Source: an uncultured virus (IMG/VR IMGVR_UViG_3300034118_000426) (Duplodnaviria; Heunggongvirae; Uroviricota; Caudoviricetes). From it: a DNA stretch of 61,152 nucleotides. The position numbers were made by a program, and so were the translations under genes. Below are positions 42,845-53,277 of the stretch, piece after piece. Numbering within the stretch: position 1 is the first letter of the stretch; the number at the start of each line of letters is the position of its first letter. A model generated the notes under the pieces. That model saw only the letters and a program-made list of their open reading frames with translations, ran no database searches and was not told the DNA's origin. The DNA lies in IMG/VR virus record IMGVR_UViG_3300034118_000426. One strand, given 5' to 3'.

Positions 42845-43894
42845 TTATACTACCTCACAACTCTCAATATATAGGGACTTCATAACGCTTTTTAATTTTG
42901 CTTTGTCTACGGCAATCTCTACCTCATCAATATATTCGTTAAGAAGTGTGAGTGTGTCTTTGATTTCTACATTCTCATCATCCTCCACAAAAGAATCATT
43001 CACAAGTGTCTCAACAATTTTAACATCATGTGGTTGAGTAGCAAATACAGAGTCAACAAACTTCTCAAACTCTGTATAGTCTTTCTTATCTTCTACGATA
43101 ATCTTGACAAAAGAATTTGAACACTCACTGGTATCGAAGCTGAGATGAGAACCAGTAGAATCATTGTAATAGATTTTCTGGAAAATCTCATAAGGGTTCT
43201 TGACCCGCTTGAGTTTATTTGTCTTTGGTTCATAGAGATGAAATCCTCGCTCGTCTTTATAATCATTCCAGAACATCTGGTAAGGATTACCCAGATAAGT
43301 GATGTTACCTCTGGATGATTTGTGGTGGTAGTGTCCCGAGAATACTTGTTTAAACTTTTTAAAAATCTTAGGATCCATACCATGTTCCTGTGTATTTCCA
43401 GGAGTCACTTCAAAACCAGATAGTTCAAGGTGACCCATAGCAATCTCAGCACTGGTCCCTTCAAGATGCTTCATGGTATCATCATAATTGCTGGAGTTAA
43501 TCCAAGGCAACATAAGAATCTTAGCACCATCAATCATTACTGTCTCTGGATGAGCGTAGATTTCAATGTTGCTGAAGTCCTTGAGTAGAAGTTCGGGTGA
43601 GTTAATCTCGTTAGTGTTTTTATAGTAGACGCAATGATTACCAAGAATCATGTGAACGAAGATACCCATGTCTTCAAGGCGTTGAAAATAATGTTGGCGA
43701 ACCCTATTCCAAACATTAAAATCAATCCCCTTACGATTATCAAACGTATCACCGAGGTCAATAACAGTTTTGATTCCGTGTCTCTCCAGTGTTGGGAAGA
43801 AGATGTCGTCGTAGAATTTTTTGAAGTATTCCCAAAACGCAACACTACCTTTCCTCCCGTCAAGATGTTGGTCAGTAATCAAAGCTACGGTCAT
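42845..43894 (-). CDS. g47: Recombination endonuclease SbcD/Mre11-like subunit (gp47)
   Basis: TDQH; LGDTFD; GNH; SGHYH. Confidence 0.96.
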   Translation of the reverse strand: MTVALITDQHLDGRKGSVAFWEYFKKFYDDIFFPTLERHGIKTVIDLGDTFDNRKGIDFNVWNRVRQHYFQRLEDMGIFVHMILGNHCVYYKNTNEINSPELLLKDFSNIEIYAHPETVMIDGAKILMLPWINSSNYDDTMKHLEGTSAEIAMGHLELSGFEVTPGNTQEHGMDPKIFKKFKQVFSGHYHHKSSRGNITYLGNPYQMFWNDYKDERGFHLYEPKTNKLKRVKNPYEIFQKIYYNDSTGSHLSFDTSECSNSFVKIIVEDKKDYTEFEKFVDSVFATQPHDVKIVETLVNDSFVEDDENVEIKDTLTLLNEYIDEVEIAVDKAKLKSVMKSLYIESCEVV

Positions 43895-44409
43895 CGTTTA
43901 GATCTCATTTCAAGGTTTTCTTTGATGCTGTTCATGTCAGCACTACTGCTATTATATCCTATCATGTCACCACTGTAACTGTCTGTATGCAAAACTTCAT
44001 CATATCCAGAACGCTCAAGCAATTTATTTTTTGTTTCTAATTGCTTTTTCTCTTTAGCAATTCTACGAAGAAACGCAAAATATATCATTTGTGTAAAGTA
44101 AGCAAAAGGATTAGTAGATTTTGCTGGATCAAATCTATCAATATACTGTACACAATTTTCTACCGCATCACCTATCATATCATCCCTAAACATGTAATTT
44201 ACAAAGTTAGGCTTGTAGGATAAATGCGTAGCAATTTTATAAAAACACTCCCCAATATAATTTGGAATACGTGGGCGCTGTGTTCCTTGTCTTGTTGCTT
44301 CGTCACACTGAAGTTTATAGACAACCAAAGCGTCCAAAAATTCTCTGTTGTTGACGTAGTTTTCTGTTTTCTTTTTGGTCATTTTTGACGCTATGGTACT
44401 GGTACTCAT
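43891..44409 (-). CDS. g55: Late sigma factor (gp55)
   Basis: YVNNREF; NPFAYFTQ; AFLRRI. Confidence 0.95.
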   Translation of the reverse strand: MSTSTIASKMTKKKTENYVNNREFLDALVVYKLQCDEATRQGTQRPRIPNYIGECFYKIATHLSYKPNFVNYMFRDDMIGDAVENCVQYIDRFDPAKSTNPFAYFTQMIYFAFLRRIAKEKKQLETKNKLLERSGYDEVLHTDSYSGDMIGYNSSSADMNSIKENLEMRSKR

Positions 44410-44432
44410 GAACTTAACCAATTTACAATACA

Positions 44433-44461
44433 ATTGTAGCATACGCTAACAAAATTGTAAA
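44433..44461 (-). promoter_or_regulatory. Sigma70-type promoter for g55-g47-g46
   Basis: TTTACA-N17-TACAAT. Confidence 0.6.
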
Positions 44462-44465
44462 GGGC

Positions 44466-44494
44466 TTGACAAGACCTTCAATTCTGTGTATAAT
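44466..44494 (+). promoter_or_regulatory. Consensus sigma70 promoter firing antisense to the uvsW operon
   Basis: TTGACA-N17-TATAAT with no plus-strand gene downstream. Confidence 0.65.
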
Positions 44495-44509
44495 AGCAAT
44501 GTGGCGCTT

Positions 44510-44926
44510 TCAAGATTTATTATAGATCTGTTCTAAAATACTTCTAGCTTCTTTAGTTGAACTGATGTATCCATCCATTATTCTTGTATCACGGCGGTGT
44601 CCTGGAATACCGCCGTTTTTTAACATGTGATCTTCTTGTTGTTTTCTTTGTAGATACTGTTCATAGAAGGAAACAATTCTACCGTCAGTCTCAACCATTG
44701 TAACAATTTGATTACGAGGAATAATAAACATGTCTTCGTGTGTTGCTTGTATCCAAGATTGGAATTCAAATCCTTCTATTTTTATTCCCTTTTTTTTCAT
44801 TTCAGTTCTAATTACAATCCTTGGATTAAAAATAATAATAACATCATCATCAGGATCATAGGAAACTTTTCCAACTAATTCTTCACTAGAAGTTAATTTA
44901 ATAGTGGCATAAAATTCTTCTTCCAT
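44510..44926 (-). CDS. Conserved cyanophage protein downstream of uvsW
   Basis: MEEEFYATIKLTSSEE..GYISS..AR..LEQIY. Confidence 0.8.
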   Translation of the reverse strand: MEEEFYATIKLTSSEELVGKVSYDPDDDVIIIFNPRIVIRTEMKKKGIKIEGFEFQSWIQATHEDMFIIPRNQIVTMVETDGRIVSFYEQYLQRKQQEDHMLKNGGIPGHRRDTRIMDGYISSTKEARSILEQIYNKS

Positions 44927-44927
44927 A

Positions 44928-46406
44928 TTATCTTAAATCTATTTTAATAATTTCTACATTAAATTTTTCTTCCTCATAAATTTTTAAACGCTCATCTAAA
45001 TGTTTTAGCGTGTAATTTTTTTGTGGTGTTCTACAATACTCATCGGCAATGTCATAAAGAGTAGCGTAGGTTTTGTTGTTGCCCTTACGCAATACACGAC
45101 CGATAGATTGTAAGTTTCTTACTCTTGATTTTGAAGGTGAAGCAAATACAACATTGTGTAGATTACGAATGTTGATGCCAGTGCTGAATGTTCCGTATGA
45201 AGCAACAATCACTGCGTTGTTTTCAGTTTCAGTGATGCGTCTAATCTCTTCGCGTTCTTCAGTGTCTACACCACCATAGACCAGAAAAACTTTACGACCT
45301 TTTTCAACAACACTATTTATCGCCTCGTAAAGTGGCACTCCATGACGTTCCACATAGTTAAAGAGAACTAAAGAGTTACCTTCAAGATCACGCACAAGAT
45401 TTTTAATTAGACGATTGCGTTTTGGATTATCAACAATCGCATCAATCTCTCCTTGATAATCCCAGAACTCCATCTTCTCATGCTTGAGTAGGAGAACTTT
45501 AATTCTAAAATCAGATAGGTGACCTTCTTTAATAAGCTTCTCTGTTTTAGTAACATGCTTACACTCACCAAACAATCCTTCCAACACCCACTTGTGTGTG
45601 GCAGAACCATCCAGTGTTCCAGTGAAACCGAAACGATATTTGGCTTCATGGAGTTTTGTCATGATGCCAGTGAGTGATTTGGATTTGAATAGATGTGCTT
45701 CGTCACCGATAACACACGAGAAATCATCAAACCAACGCTTAGGAAACTTGTAGATAGATTGCCAAGTGGAAATGATAACTGCTTTCTCTACGTTCTTATC
45801 TTTACCACCATAAATTTTATGGCAGTGTTCTTCTACATTCCAACCGTAGTCTTCGAAGTCTTTATACATCTGTTCCACCAGTGAAGTGGTGGGAACAATG
45901 ATAAGAGTTTTCTTCCCCGTTTGTTTATATTCAGATGCGTAGTAATAACGCACCAGAGAATAAATCATCAAAGACTTGCCTGAGGCAGTTGGAGATAATA
46001 GGAGTCTGCGATTGTTTAGCAGTGCTTGATATACTGCTTGAACCTGATAATCGCGTGGTTCGTGGTTGGGGCATACAGCTGCCATGAAACCTTTTACGCC
46101 TTCAAGCGTAATATGTTCATTCTTTTCTTCTACATCTCCATAGAACTTATTACCTTGATATTCTATTGAATAACCTTTAACTCCACTCCACTCTTTGAGG
46201 TGTGAGATGAGACCACAATAGAGCTCACCTGTTCCTGGAGAATAGAGTCTAATCTTACCGTCCCAGACACCACTTTTATATTGTGGCATAAACTTGGCAT
46301 TAGGGATATCGAATGTAAAATAGTCTGCGAGTTCATAGTGAACATGTGGTTCTGCTTTGATTGTCAAGAAAATGTTGTTCTTTTTTGCGACGACCAGATT
46401 TGTCAT
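44928..46406 (-). CDS. uvsW: RNA-DNA/DNA helicase UvsW
   Basis: SPTASGKS; GDEAH; QSIGRVLR. Confidence 0.96.
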   Translation of the reverse strand: MTNLVVAKKNNIFLTIKAEPHVHYELADYFTFDIPNAKFMPQYKSGVWDGKIRLYSPGTGELYCGLISHLKEWSGVKGYSIEYQGNKFYGDVEEKNEHITLEGVKGFMAAVCPNHEPRDYQVQAVYQALLNNRRLLLSPTASGKSLMIYSLVRYYYASEYKQTGKKTLIIVPTTSLVEQMYKDFEDYGWNVEEHCHKIYGGKDKNVEKAVIISTWQSIYKFPKRWFDDFSCVIGDEAHLFKSKSLTGIMTKLHEAKYRFGFTGTLDGSATHKWVLEGLFGECKHVTKTEKLIKEGHLSDFRIKVLLLKHEKMEFWDYQGEIDAIVDNPKRNRLIKNLVRDLEGNSLVLFNYVERHGVPLYEAINSVVEKGRKVFLVYGGVDTEEREEIRRITETENNAVIVASYGTFSTGINIRNLHNVVFASPSKSRVRNLQSIGRVLRKGNNKTYATLYDIADEYCRTPQKNYTLKHLDERLKIYEEEKFNVEIIKIDLR

Positions 46407-46882
46407 TAGGTGCTACCGTTAATAAATTTCTCCCACTCGATAGCGTTTTTAATTTGGAAACTTCTATTGGAAATCATTTTAAGAACATTATCCAAAAAGA
46501 AAAGTGCCTTATTAATAAACTCTATTTTCATTTCAATGTTAATTAAATCCTCATCCGCTTCCAAATATACTTTCATCTTCTCGGATGTTTTAATGGATTG
46601 TCCAAAAGGTTTTTCTTTATAAACTTCTGGGTCTGCTTCCCCTTGATAATATTCTCTTTTTTCTTTTAACTTCATACGATACTGGAATTCCAGTGCTGTT
46701 TTCTCTGTTGAGAAATCGTTGTAGAAGTTTAAATATTTATTGTGCTGATAAGGGATGTCTAGTGAAATTTGTGCTAGATCTGCTGAGTATTGTTTGTTTT
46801 TAAACTGGAAGTCAATATGTGAATCTTCTTGCCATTCTGATTTAACATGATTAAAAAGAGTTTTCAAATCATCAAATTTCAT
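46406..46882 (-). CDS. uvsY: Recombination mediator UvsY
   Basis: HNKYL; YLEADED; RSFQIKNAIEW. Confidence 0.9.
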   Translation of the reverse strand: MKFDDLKTLFNHVKSEWQEDSHIDFQFKNKQYSADLAQISLDIPYQHNKYLNFYNDFSTEKTALEFQYRMKLKEKREYYQGEADPEVYKEKPFGQSIKTSEKMKVYLEADEDLINIEMKIEFINKALFFLDNVLKMISNRSFQIKNAIEWEKFINGST

Positions 46883-46885
46883 AAA

Positions 46886-47401
46886 TTAAATTCTCCTGTT
46901 GTTTTTGTTTGTGAAGTAATAGGTTGTAAATTTAAATACTACGTCAGCAGTCAAATAATCTACATCTCTATCTTCTACATCAAATGATAGTTCTGTCAAA
47001 GACGTTGGAAAAATATTCTCAAATTCTACAATAATATTTGGATTAAAATTGCTATTTAAAATTTGTAATTGAGCATTAGAATATTCTGGAATTTCTTGGT
47101 CGTCCATTTCTTCTGCTAAATTATTTTTTCTAATCCATTTCCAGATGGTCAAATAATTACTTAAATCTTCGTCAACAATAAATTTTAAATTTAAATCTCC
47201 GTATTCAACTCCACCAGATGCTGGTAGAGCAATGCTTCTATATCTTGTTGGTGCCTCTACTGTTCCAACAGAAATGTCTGGAAGATTTGCTCGTTGACAG
47301 AAAAAATCTACACCAGCAAAAATATCAAGATTCATCTTGAATCCTGCTGGGGCAAGAAAATTTCTATTTGTTGGTTGCTCGTTATACCACTTAGCAGACA
47401 T
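46886..47401 (-). CDS. g3: Tail completion / tube terminator (gp3)
   Basis: NRNFLAP; FIVDEDLSNY; FPTSL; position after g23. Confidence 0.9.
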   Translation of the reverse strand: MSAKWYNEQPTNRNFLAPAGFKMNLDIFAGVDFFCQRANLPDISVGTVEAPTRYRSIALPASGGVEYGDLNLKFIVDEDLSNYLTIWKWIRKNNLAEEMDDQEIPEYSNAQLQILNSNFNPNIIVEFENIFPTSLTELSFDVEDRDVDYLTADVVFKFTTYYFTNKNNRRI

Positions 47402-47432
47402 AACTTTATGTTTTTTTACTATTTATTTCCAT

Positions 47433-47457
47433 AAAAAAAGACCCCCTTTCGGGGGTC
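47433..47457 (-). terminator. Terminator after the major capsid gene
   Basis: GACCCCC-GAAA-GGGGGTC followed by a U-run. Confidence 0.85.
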
Positions 47458-47475
47458 AATGTATTTACCTGAAAA

Positions 47476-48894
47476 TCAGGTGAGGTTGATAACTTTAACT
47501 CTTCTGTAATACTGGTTGGTATTAGCAGTGAGAGCAGAACCATCAGGAGTAGCACCAGCGATACCGTTGCTATTTGTAGTTGAAACGAATGGGTTGCTGA
47601 CCATACCGTAACGAGTCTTGAAGCCAATCTTAGGCTGGAAGGTGTCAGGGTTGATCGAACGAACCATTTGGAGAGGAACGTATGGGCAATAGAAGAGACC
47701 AGCATCATAAGGTGATGTGCCCTTGTAACCCATGACGTAGTAGTGCTTAGCAGCTTGTGACTGACTATAGATAGGAGCACCGAATGGATCAATGTAAACA
47801 CGGATACCACCCTGAAGAACACCAGCAAATACGTTACCAGTGTCATCAACGTTGAGTGAAGTGTTGAGAGCAGGAGCGTAATCAAGCATACCAGCCATTG
47901 ACATGGCGGAAGCAACGTCTGCTGAGCAGATCATGAAGTTGCCCTTACCACGACGGGTTAGTTGACCGATAGCGTTTGCGTCACGCTGAATTTGGAATAG
48001 AAGACCCTTGAACTTCTCTGCCATCCAACGACCGTTTGAATCAATGTCAAGGTCGAAAGTACCTTGAGTAGCAACGTCGTTCTGAGCGCCAGGAAGGGCA
48101 ACAGTGTAGACGGTACGGATGATTTCACGGTTGATCTCAGCGAGGATTTCGCTTGAGAGGATGTTAGCAAGCTCTTGCTCAGCATCAAGACCATGGATTG
48201 CCTTGAGGTCTTGTGCTAGCTCTAGGGTGTACTCAGCCTTGAGAGCGCGTGTCTTAGCAGTCACCGAGGTCTTCTCGATGCTGAATGCCATCTCGCGGAA
48301 GAGTGTACCAGCTTCGCCAAGAACTTCTGAATTTTCACGAGTTAGTGAAGTTGTACCGCGCTCGTAAGTACCAGGAGTGCCGTCGTTAAGAACAGCTGGG
48401 TTGTTGCCCTCAGCATCGCCACCTGAACCAGCAGCGGAACGAACGTTATAAGCACCAGCAGTTGCGTCGGAACCACCCGAGAATCCTGCGTCTGGCTCGT
48501 AGTAGAGAGCTTCAGCGCCATTTTGGTTCTCATAGCGAGCACGCATTGCGAAAATAAGTCCAGTAGGACCGCTCATTGGTTGAACGCCAGCGATGTCGTA
48601 AGCGACAAGGTTAGGCATTGAACGGCGGATTAGGCTGATTAGGATAGGATCGAAACCAGCAAGACCAGCGGTGTTGCTTGAAGATAGAGCTGAACCAGCA
48701 GGTGATACAGTTCCAGCGCCGAGTGAGTTAACGGCAACCTCGTTGAGCATACCATGCTCTTCGCGGATTGCACGCTCTTGGTTTTCTAGCAGGGTGGCAA
48801 CTACCTGTCTGCGATATGCGTCCTTGATTTCAGGAAGGTCTTTGTGACCGAGAACAGGTGCCCACTTTTCCTGCAAAATTCTAGTGTCAGACAT
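47476..48894 (-). CDS. g23: Major capsid protein (gp23)
   Basis: GVQPMSGPTGLIFAMR; ELAQDLKAIHGLDAE; FQPKIGFKTRYG. Confidence 0.99.
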   Translation of the reverse strand: MSDTRILQEKWAPVLGHKDLPEIKDAYRRQVVATLLENQERAIREEHGMLNEVAVNSLGAGTVSPAGSALSSSNTAGLAGFDPILISLIRRSMPNLVAYDIAGVQPMSGPTGLIFAMRARYENQNGAEALYYEPDAGFSGGSDATAGAYNVRSAAGSGGDAEGNNPAVLNDGTPGTYERGTTSLTRENSEVLGEAGTLFREMAFSIEKTSVTAKTRALKAEYTLELAQDLKAIHGLDAEQELANILSSEILAEINREIIRTVYTVALPGAQNDVATQGTFDLDIDSNGRWMAEKFKGLLFQIQRDANAIGQLTRRGKGNFMICSADVASAMSMAGMLDYAPALNTSLNVDDTGNVFAGVLQGGIRVYIDPFGAPIYSQSQAAKHYYVMGYKGTSPYDAGLFYCPYVPLQMVRSINPDTFQPKIGFKTRYGMVSNPFVSTTNSNGIAGATPDGSALTANTNQYYRRVKVINLT

Positions 48895-48941
48895 TTTGCT
48901 TTTACTCCGTTGAGTGATTGGGTTAAAATTATTTATTATTA

Positions 48942-50069
48942 TCAGTTGCTCCAGCGTGAAATCGCCTGAAGATAAGCAGCCATTACTGGTGATACTTCTT
49001 CGGATGATTGTTCGCCTGAGACTTCAGAAATTGCTTGTTCAGTTACAACATGCTTAGGGAAGTAACTTGAAATGAGAGTGGAAACTTTATTGCGGAAGTC
49101 TTCTTCCGAAACAAATTCTACACCTTCAGCAAGAGAAACAAGCTTTTCTCTTTGGGTATCAACTAGTCCCTCGCTCATCTGATTGAGGATTACGGTTTTT
49201 TGATAACCAGCGAGTTTATTATTAAGATCAATATTACGCTCAATCTGTTCGTTGAGACGACCTTCCATTTCACAAAGCTCCTCAGTCATTGTTTCTACAA
49301 CATTGACTTTCTCCTCGGGGAGATTGAGGTAGTTATCTTCAAAAACTTTTTTGAGACCACCCATGAACTCTTCAGCGATCTCAAGCTTGAGACCAGCATC
49401 AAGAGCTACTTGGTTTTCTTCTACCCAAGTGGTGATTGCGTAGTTGAGTGTTTCGTCAACTTTCTCTGAGAGAGCAGCAATCTCTTCTTGGAGTTTTGTG
49501 GAGAATTGCTCTTCTAGAGTTGAAGCAATAGCATTTACTTGCTCTTCGATGCGTGACTTAACAGCAGCTTCGAAAATTGTAGTTGCTTTTGCTTTGAACT
49601 CTTCGGAAAACTCTTCGCCTTCGGTAAGGGCAGCAACGTCTTCCGCAGCGGAATATTCGATTGCTTCCATACCAAATACTTTTACGTTATTTGGACCACC
49701 AGGAATCTGGTAACCAGATGACTTAACCGATGGAGCTGGATCTTGATGCTTCCCACGGGTTTGCTGATCGCTAACCTTTGAATTATGGTTAGATGACTTA
49801 GCACCAGGATTTGATTCACCCTGAGGCTTCTCAAAGGTTGAACCACCGTCATCCTCTTCCGATTGACCAGGAGCAACGGAGGTTGGGATTTCAAATCCTG
49901 AGTCTTTATGACCACCGCGAGTTTGAGCATCGCTTACAGCAGCACCAACTGGTTGCATGTACTGAGTGCCTGAAGATTGACCAGGAACGATTGAAGGGGA
50001 GAGCGCACTAGTGCCAACTTCTGACTCAGTTACAAGCTCCTCAAACTTTTCGTTTAAGTTATCTGACAT
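48942..50069 (-). CDS. g22: Prohead core scaffold (gp22)
   Basis: FKAKATTIFEAAV; acidic coiled coil; synteny. Confidence 0.92.
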   Translation of the reverse strand: MSDNLNEKFEELVTESEVGTSALSPSIVPGQSSGTQYMQPVGAAVSDAQTRGGHKDSGFEIPTSVAPGQSEEDDGGSTFEKPQGESNPGAKSSNHNSKVSDQQTRGKHQDPAPSVKSSGYQIPGGPNNVKVFGMEAIEYSAAEDVAALTEGEEFSEEFKAKATTIFEAAVKSRIEEQVNAIASTLEEQFSTKLQEEIAALSEKVDETLNYAITTWVEENQVALDAGLKLEIAEEFMGGLKKVFEDNYLNLPEEKVNVVETMTEELCEMEGRLNEQIERNIDLNNKLAGYQKTVILNQMSEGLVDTQREKLVSLAEGVEFVSEEDFRNKVSTLISSYFPKHVVTEQAISEVSGEQSSEEVSPVMAAYLQAISRWSN

Positions 50070-50121
50070 TTGAGATTCCTCGTAATTCTAATATGTGTTT
50101 ATTCTACAATTATTTATTAAA

Positions 50122-50766
50122 TTATAAACTTTGTAAGAAGTGGTTGAACGCTTTCAACGACCTCTCTTCAATATTTTTTCTGGTAGATTCAGAAATATAT
50201 TTATGATATTTAGCAACATTAACCTCTTTAATGATGCCATTTTCCCAAACCCACTCTTTTCCTTCCATAATTCCGTTCACAAAAGCGTCAGGTGCGGAGG
50301 GATCTGCTACAATATCAGCAGCAGTTGCGAGCATAAAATCATCACGTACATAATTGGCACCGTTCTTCTCTTCGATAGAACCCATGCCTCTAGAAGAAAC
50401 GCCAAGCTTAACTCCTGATTCCAGTAGTGACTTAGCAATGTTTCCCATTGGTGTATTTAGGATCTGTGCTTTACCGATAAAATTTGAACCTTCTGCTTTG
50501 AGAGAAACAATTTTATGCGACACACGATCTAGGTTTACAGTAGGACCATCGGGATGACCTAGTTCACCGAGAGCACGACCAACGTTTACATACTGTTCGT
50601 TGTATCTACCAACTTCACGCTCAAGAACGCCAAATGGATAAACGCGACCATTGCGATTTTTAATATCTCCCTGAAGGAACACACCTTCGATATGGAGAAT
50701 TTTTCTTCCGTTTGATTCTTCTTCGAGGATCTGAATATCCTCAATACTCTCGGTGATTAGTTTCAT
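50122..50766 (-). CDS. g21: Prohead protease (gp21)
   Basis: GELGHP; GVSSRGMGS; DIVADPSAPDAFV. Confidence 0.97.
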   Translation of the reverse strand: MKLITESIEDIQILEEESNGRKILHIEGVFLQGDIKNRNGRVYPFGVLEREVGRYNEQYVNVGRALGELGHPDGPTVNLDRVSHKIVSLKAEGSNFIGKAQILNTPMGNIAKSLLESGVKLGVSSRGMGSIEEKNGANYVRDDFMLATAADIVADPSAPDAFVNGIMEGKEWVWENGIIKEVNVAKYHKYISESTRKNIEERSLKAFNHFLQSL

Positions 50767-50963
50767 TGTTCTGATTCCTCTGCGGATGTTTCTTCCACCT
50801 CCTCTTCTGGAGATTCTGGTTCATCAAAAAAAGTTTGAGCAACTACTTGTTTGTAATCTTTCATTGCCTCTGCTGCTTTTCCGTAGAGGATATCAGCAAT
50901 TTTATCAAGTGCTTGAACTCTGTCGCCGTTGCGAACGGCATTTACAACTTCAATAGTGTCCAT
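50763..50963 (-). CDS. Small acidic prohead core protein (gp67/68-like)
   Basis: Located between g20 and g21; acidic tail. Confidence 0.7.
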   Translation of the reverse strand: MDTIEVVNAVRNGDRVQALDKIADILYGKAAEAMKDYKQVVAQTFFDEPESPEEEVEETSAEESEQ

Positions 50964-50986
50964 TTAATTTACCTATAATAAATTAT

Positions 50987-52612
50987 TTATTGTTCTGATG
51001 TTTTAGGTTTTGGTGCTGCAACAGGTGCTGGTGGTGGTGGCGGTAAAGCACCAATCTCCAAAGATGCTGCATTCATCAAGTTTGTGTGAACTGGGTCTGG
51101 AATTTTCCCTTCGGAAATTTCATTTTCCATTTGTTTGGAAATTTCTTCATACTCAGCATCAGATTGCATTAAAACTTGCTTTCTGACATATTCAATCGAA
51201 TAGTATTTACCCAAAAATGGATCTAATGCGGTAGCAACTTGGAGACGATTATTCATCAACTCTGCTTGCTTAAGTTCTTCAAAGTGATTATCAAATTGAT
51301 AATCATATTGAATATGTTCTTGCATCTCTTCCCAATCTTCGGGAGCAATAATTCCCTTTAGAATCAGTTGAGTTTTTAACATATCGTGGAATAATCCACT
51401 GAATTTTTTACGAAGTCTCGCAATCCACTTCGCAAATTTAAGCTCATCACGAAGAATTTCTGATGAACGACCTAGAGAAAATCCTTGATTGGCGTCATCT
51501 AAACGTGATGGCGGGAGATTGAGGGAGTTGTATAATTTCTTTTTGAAGTATTCAACATCTTTAAGTTCGCCAAGATTTTGACCACCAGGAAGAGTAGTGA
51601 TCTCAGTTCCTCTACCACCTTCGCGGCGAGGTAGCCAGAAATCTTCAAGCATACTCATATGCTTTTTGTCATCGCGGATTTCTCCAGTGGCAGCATCGTA
51701 TACAAGTTTGTTGCGGTAACGTGCCATTACCTCTCTGAGATATTGCTCTGCTTTTACTTTGGGTAGATTGCCAACATCAATGTAGAAAATTCTGCGTTCT
51801 GGTGCGCGTGAGAGTCTGTAGATAACCAGCGCATCTTCAATCATGCGTAACTGGTTGAGTGCCTTGATGGATTTGTGAAGGAAACTCAAGGTCATCTTTT
51901 TGTTATAATCTTGAATGCCAGAGGTAATAAAAGTTATAGCATCATTTGCGATTCTAACACCAGTACCCACATTGTTGGTATCAAAAGAAGAAGCAATAAA
52001 ACCTCTAGGATTATACATGTAGAATTCTACATAGTCTCCAAAATCATATCTTGCTGCTCCATCCATCACCGTAGCGTTAGCAGTGACAGTGCTTAATTTT
52101 GGATCTTTATTTTGAACTCGTACCTTTTTAATTTTTAACGGATCTATGTATCTGAGTTCAGTAATACCAGCCTTAGGATTTGCTAAATCAATTACTTTGT
52201 GATAAAACATTCTACCATCTACATACCAAGTTCTAAAAATTTCATGTGCTCTAGTATCAAAAGCAAGAAGTCTTTTGATGTAATCAAATTCTTCACGAAT
52301 TTTTTTCTTTATTGATTCGCTTACTTCGAGATTAGAAAGTTCTATTTGAACTGGAGAATCATCTAAACTTGAATTAATTGCTTCATTCACAATTTCGTCA
52401 ATCGCAGAGTCAACCTCTGGATGCATCGCCATATCACGATAGCGCCTAATGAGATCAAACTCATTACGCGCTATACCGTCTATATCTACATACGAACCAA
52501 AATAACCACCAGCTACGGTGGTTACCGAATCATCTGCGTTAGGAGGAACTGGAGATTGACCTCTCAGCTCCTCCTGTTTAGATTTAATTGAGAATCCAAA
52601 TAACTGACTCAT
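50987..52612 (-). CDS. g20: Portal protein (gp20)
   Basis: RAPERRIFYIDVGNLP; EDFWLPRREGGRGTEI. Confidence 0.98.
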   Translation of the reverse strand: MSQLFGFSIKSKQEELRGQSPVPPNADDSVTTVAGGYFGSYVDIDGIARNEFDLIRRYRDMAMHPEVDSAIDEIVNEAINSSLDDSPVQIELSNLEVSESIKKKIREEFDYIKRLLAFDTRAHEIFRTWYVDGRMFYHKVIDLANPKAGITELRYIDPLKIKKVRVQNKDPKLSTVTANATVMDGAARYDFGDYVEFYMYNPRGFIASSFDTNNVGTGVRIANDAITFITSGIQDYNKKMTLSFLHKSIKALNQLRMIEDALVIYRLSRAPERRIFYIDVGNLPKVKAEQYLREVMARYRNKLVYDAATGEIRDDKKHMSMLEDFWLPRREGGRGTEITTLPGGQNLGELKDVEYFKKKLYNSLNLPPSRLDDANQGFSLGRSSEILRDELKFAKWIARLRKKFSGLFHDMLKTQLILKGIIAPEDWEEMQEHIQYDYQFDNHFEELKQAELMNNRLQVATALDPFLGKYYSIEYVRKQVLMQSDAEYEEISKQMENEISEGKIPDPVHTNLMNAASLEIGALPPPPPAPVAAPKPKTSEQ

Positions 52613-52645
52613 GTTTAAAGTTATATCACTTACTCTAGTTATTTA

Positions 52646-53245
52646 TCAATCTTCAATTCCGCCTGGTGATCTACCCTTTCTTCCATTTTCAACTTCCCAG
52701 TACTGAAGTTGGAATTCAACTGTAAAGTCTTCAATCTGATCATTGCTATCGTAGGCAAGATCAATTTGAGAAATGTTAGTTGGGAAACAACCCCAAAGAG
52801 TATATTCTCTAATAACTGATCCAGTTTCGCTGCTATCTCTCTCAAGTTGTTTTACGTGAAGATCGGCAGTATATCCTGTTGAAAACTCAGGAACAATCAA
52901 CTGTGCTCTATTTCCTTCGTGAGAATTAATCTTCGCCATCCAAGATTCCATGTAATGACGAATCTTGAAATCTTTATCATTAATAAATGTTGCTGTCCAA
53001 GTATCAAATGTTCTGTCACCAGCAATTTTTACAGTTCTTCCACGGAAAGGAACTTCAATTACACCTAGGTTGGAAGCAGGAAGAGCAGCAGACTTACACA
53101 GAATGTTGACTAGTTTTCCATCTTCGCTAGAACCAGCTGGCAATCCAGCTGAATTAGGAAACACAATATCAACAAGGAATAAATTAGGTCTTACGCCTTG
53201 CTTAATAGTATTGAGAAAATCTTTAACGTTACTTTTGATGGTCAT
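52646..53245 (-). CDS. g19: Tail tube protein (gp19)
   Basis: RPNLF; VPFRGR..AGDRTF; FPTNIS. Confidence 0.96.
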   Translation of the reverse strand: MTIKSNVKDFLNTIKQGVRPNLFLVDIVFPNSAGLPAGSSEDGKLVNILCKSAALPASNLGVIEVPFRGRTVKIAGDRTFDTWTATFINDKDFKIRHYMESWMAKINSHEGNRAQLIVPEFSTGYTADLHVKQLERDSSETGSVIREYTLWGCFPTNISQIDLAYDSNDQIEDFTVEFQLQYWEVENGRKGRSPGGIED

Positions 53246-53277
53246 TGTTTGTTTACCTCGTAATTAGTTTTTAAATA

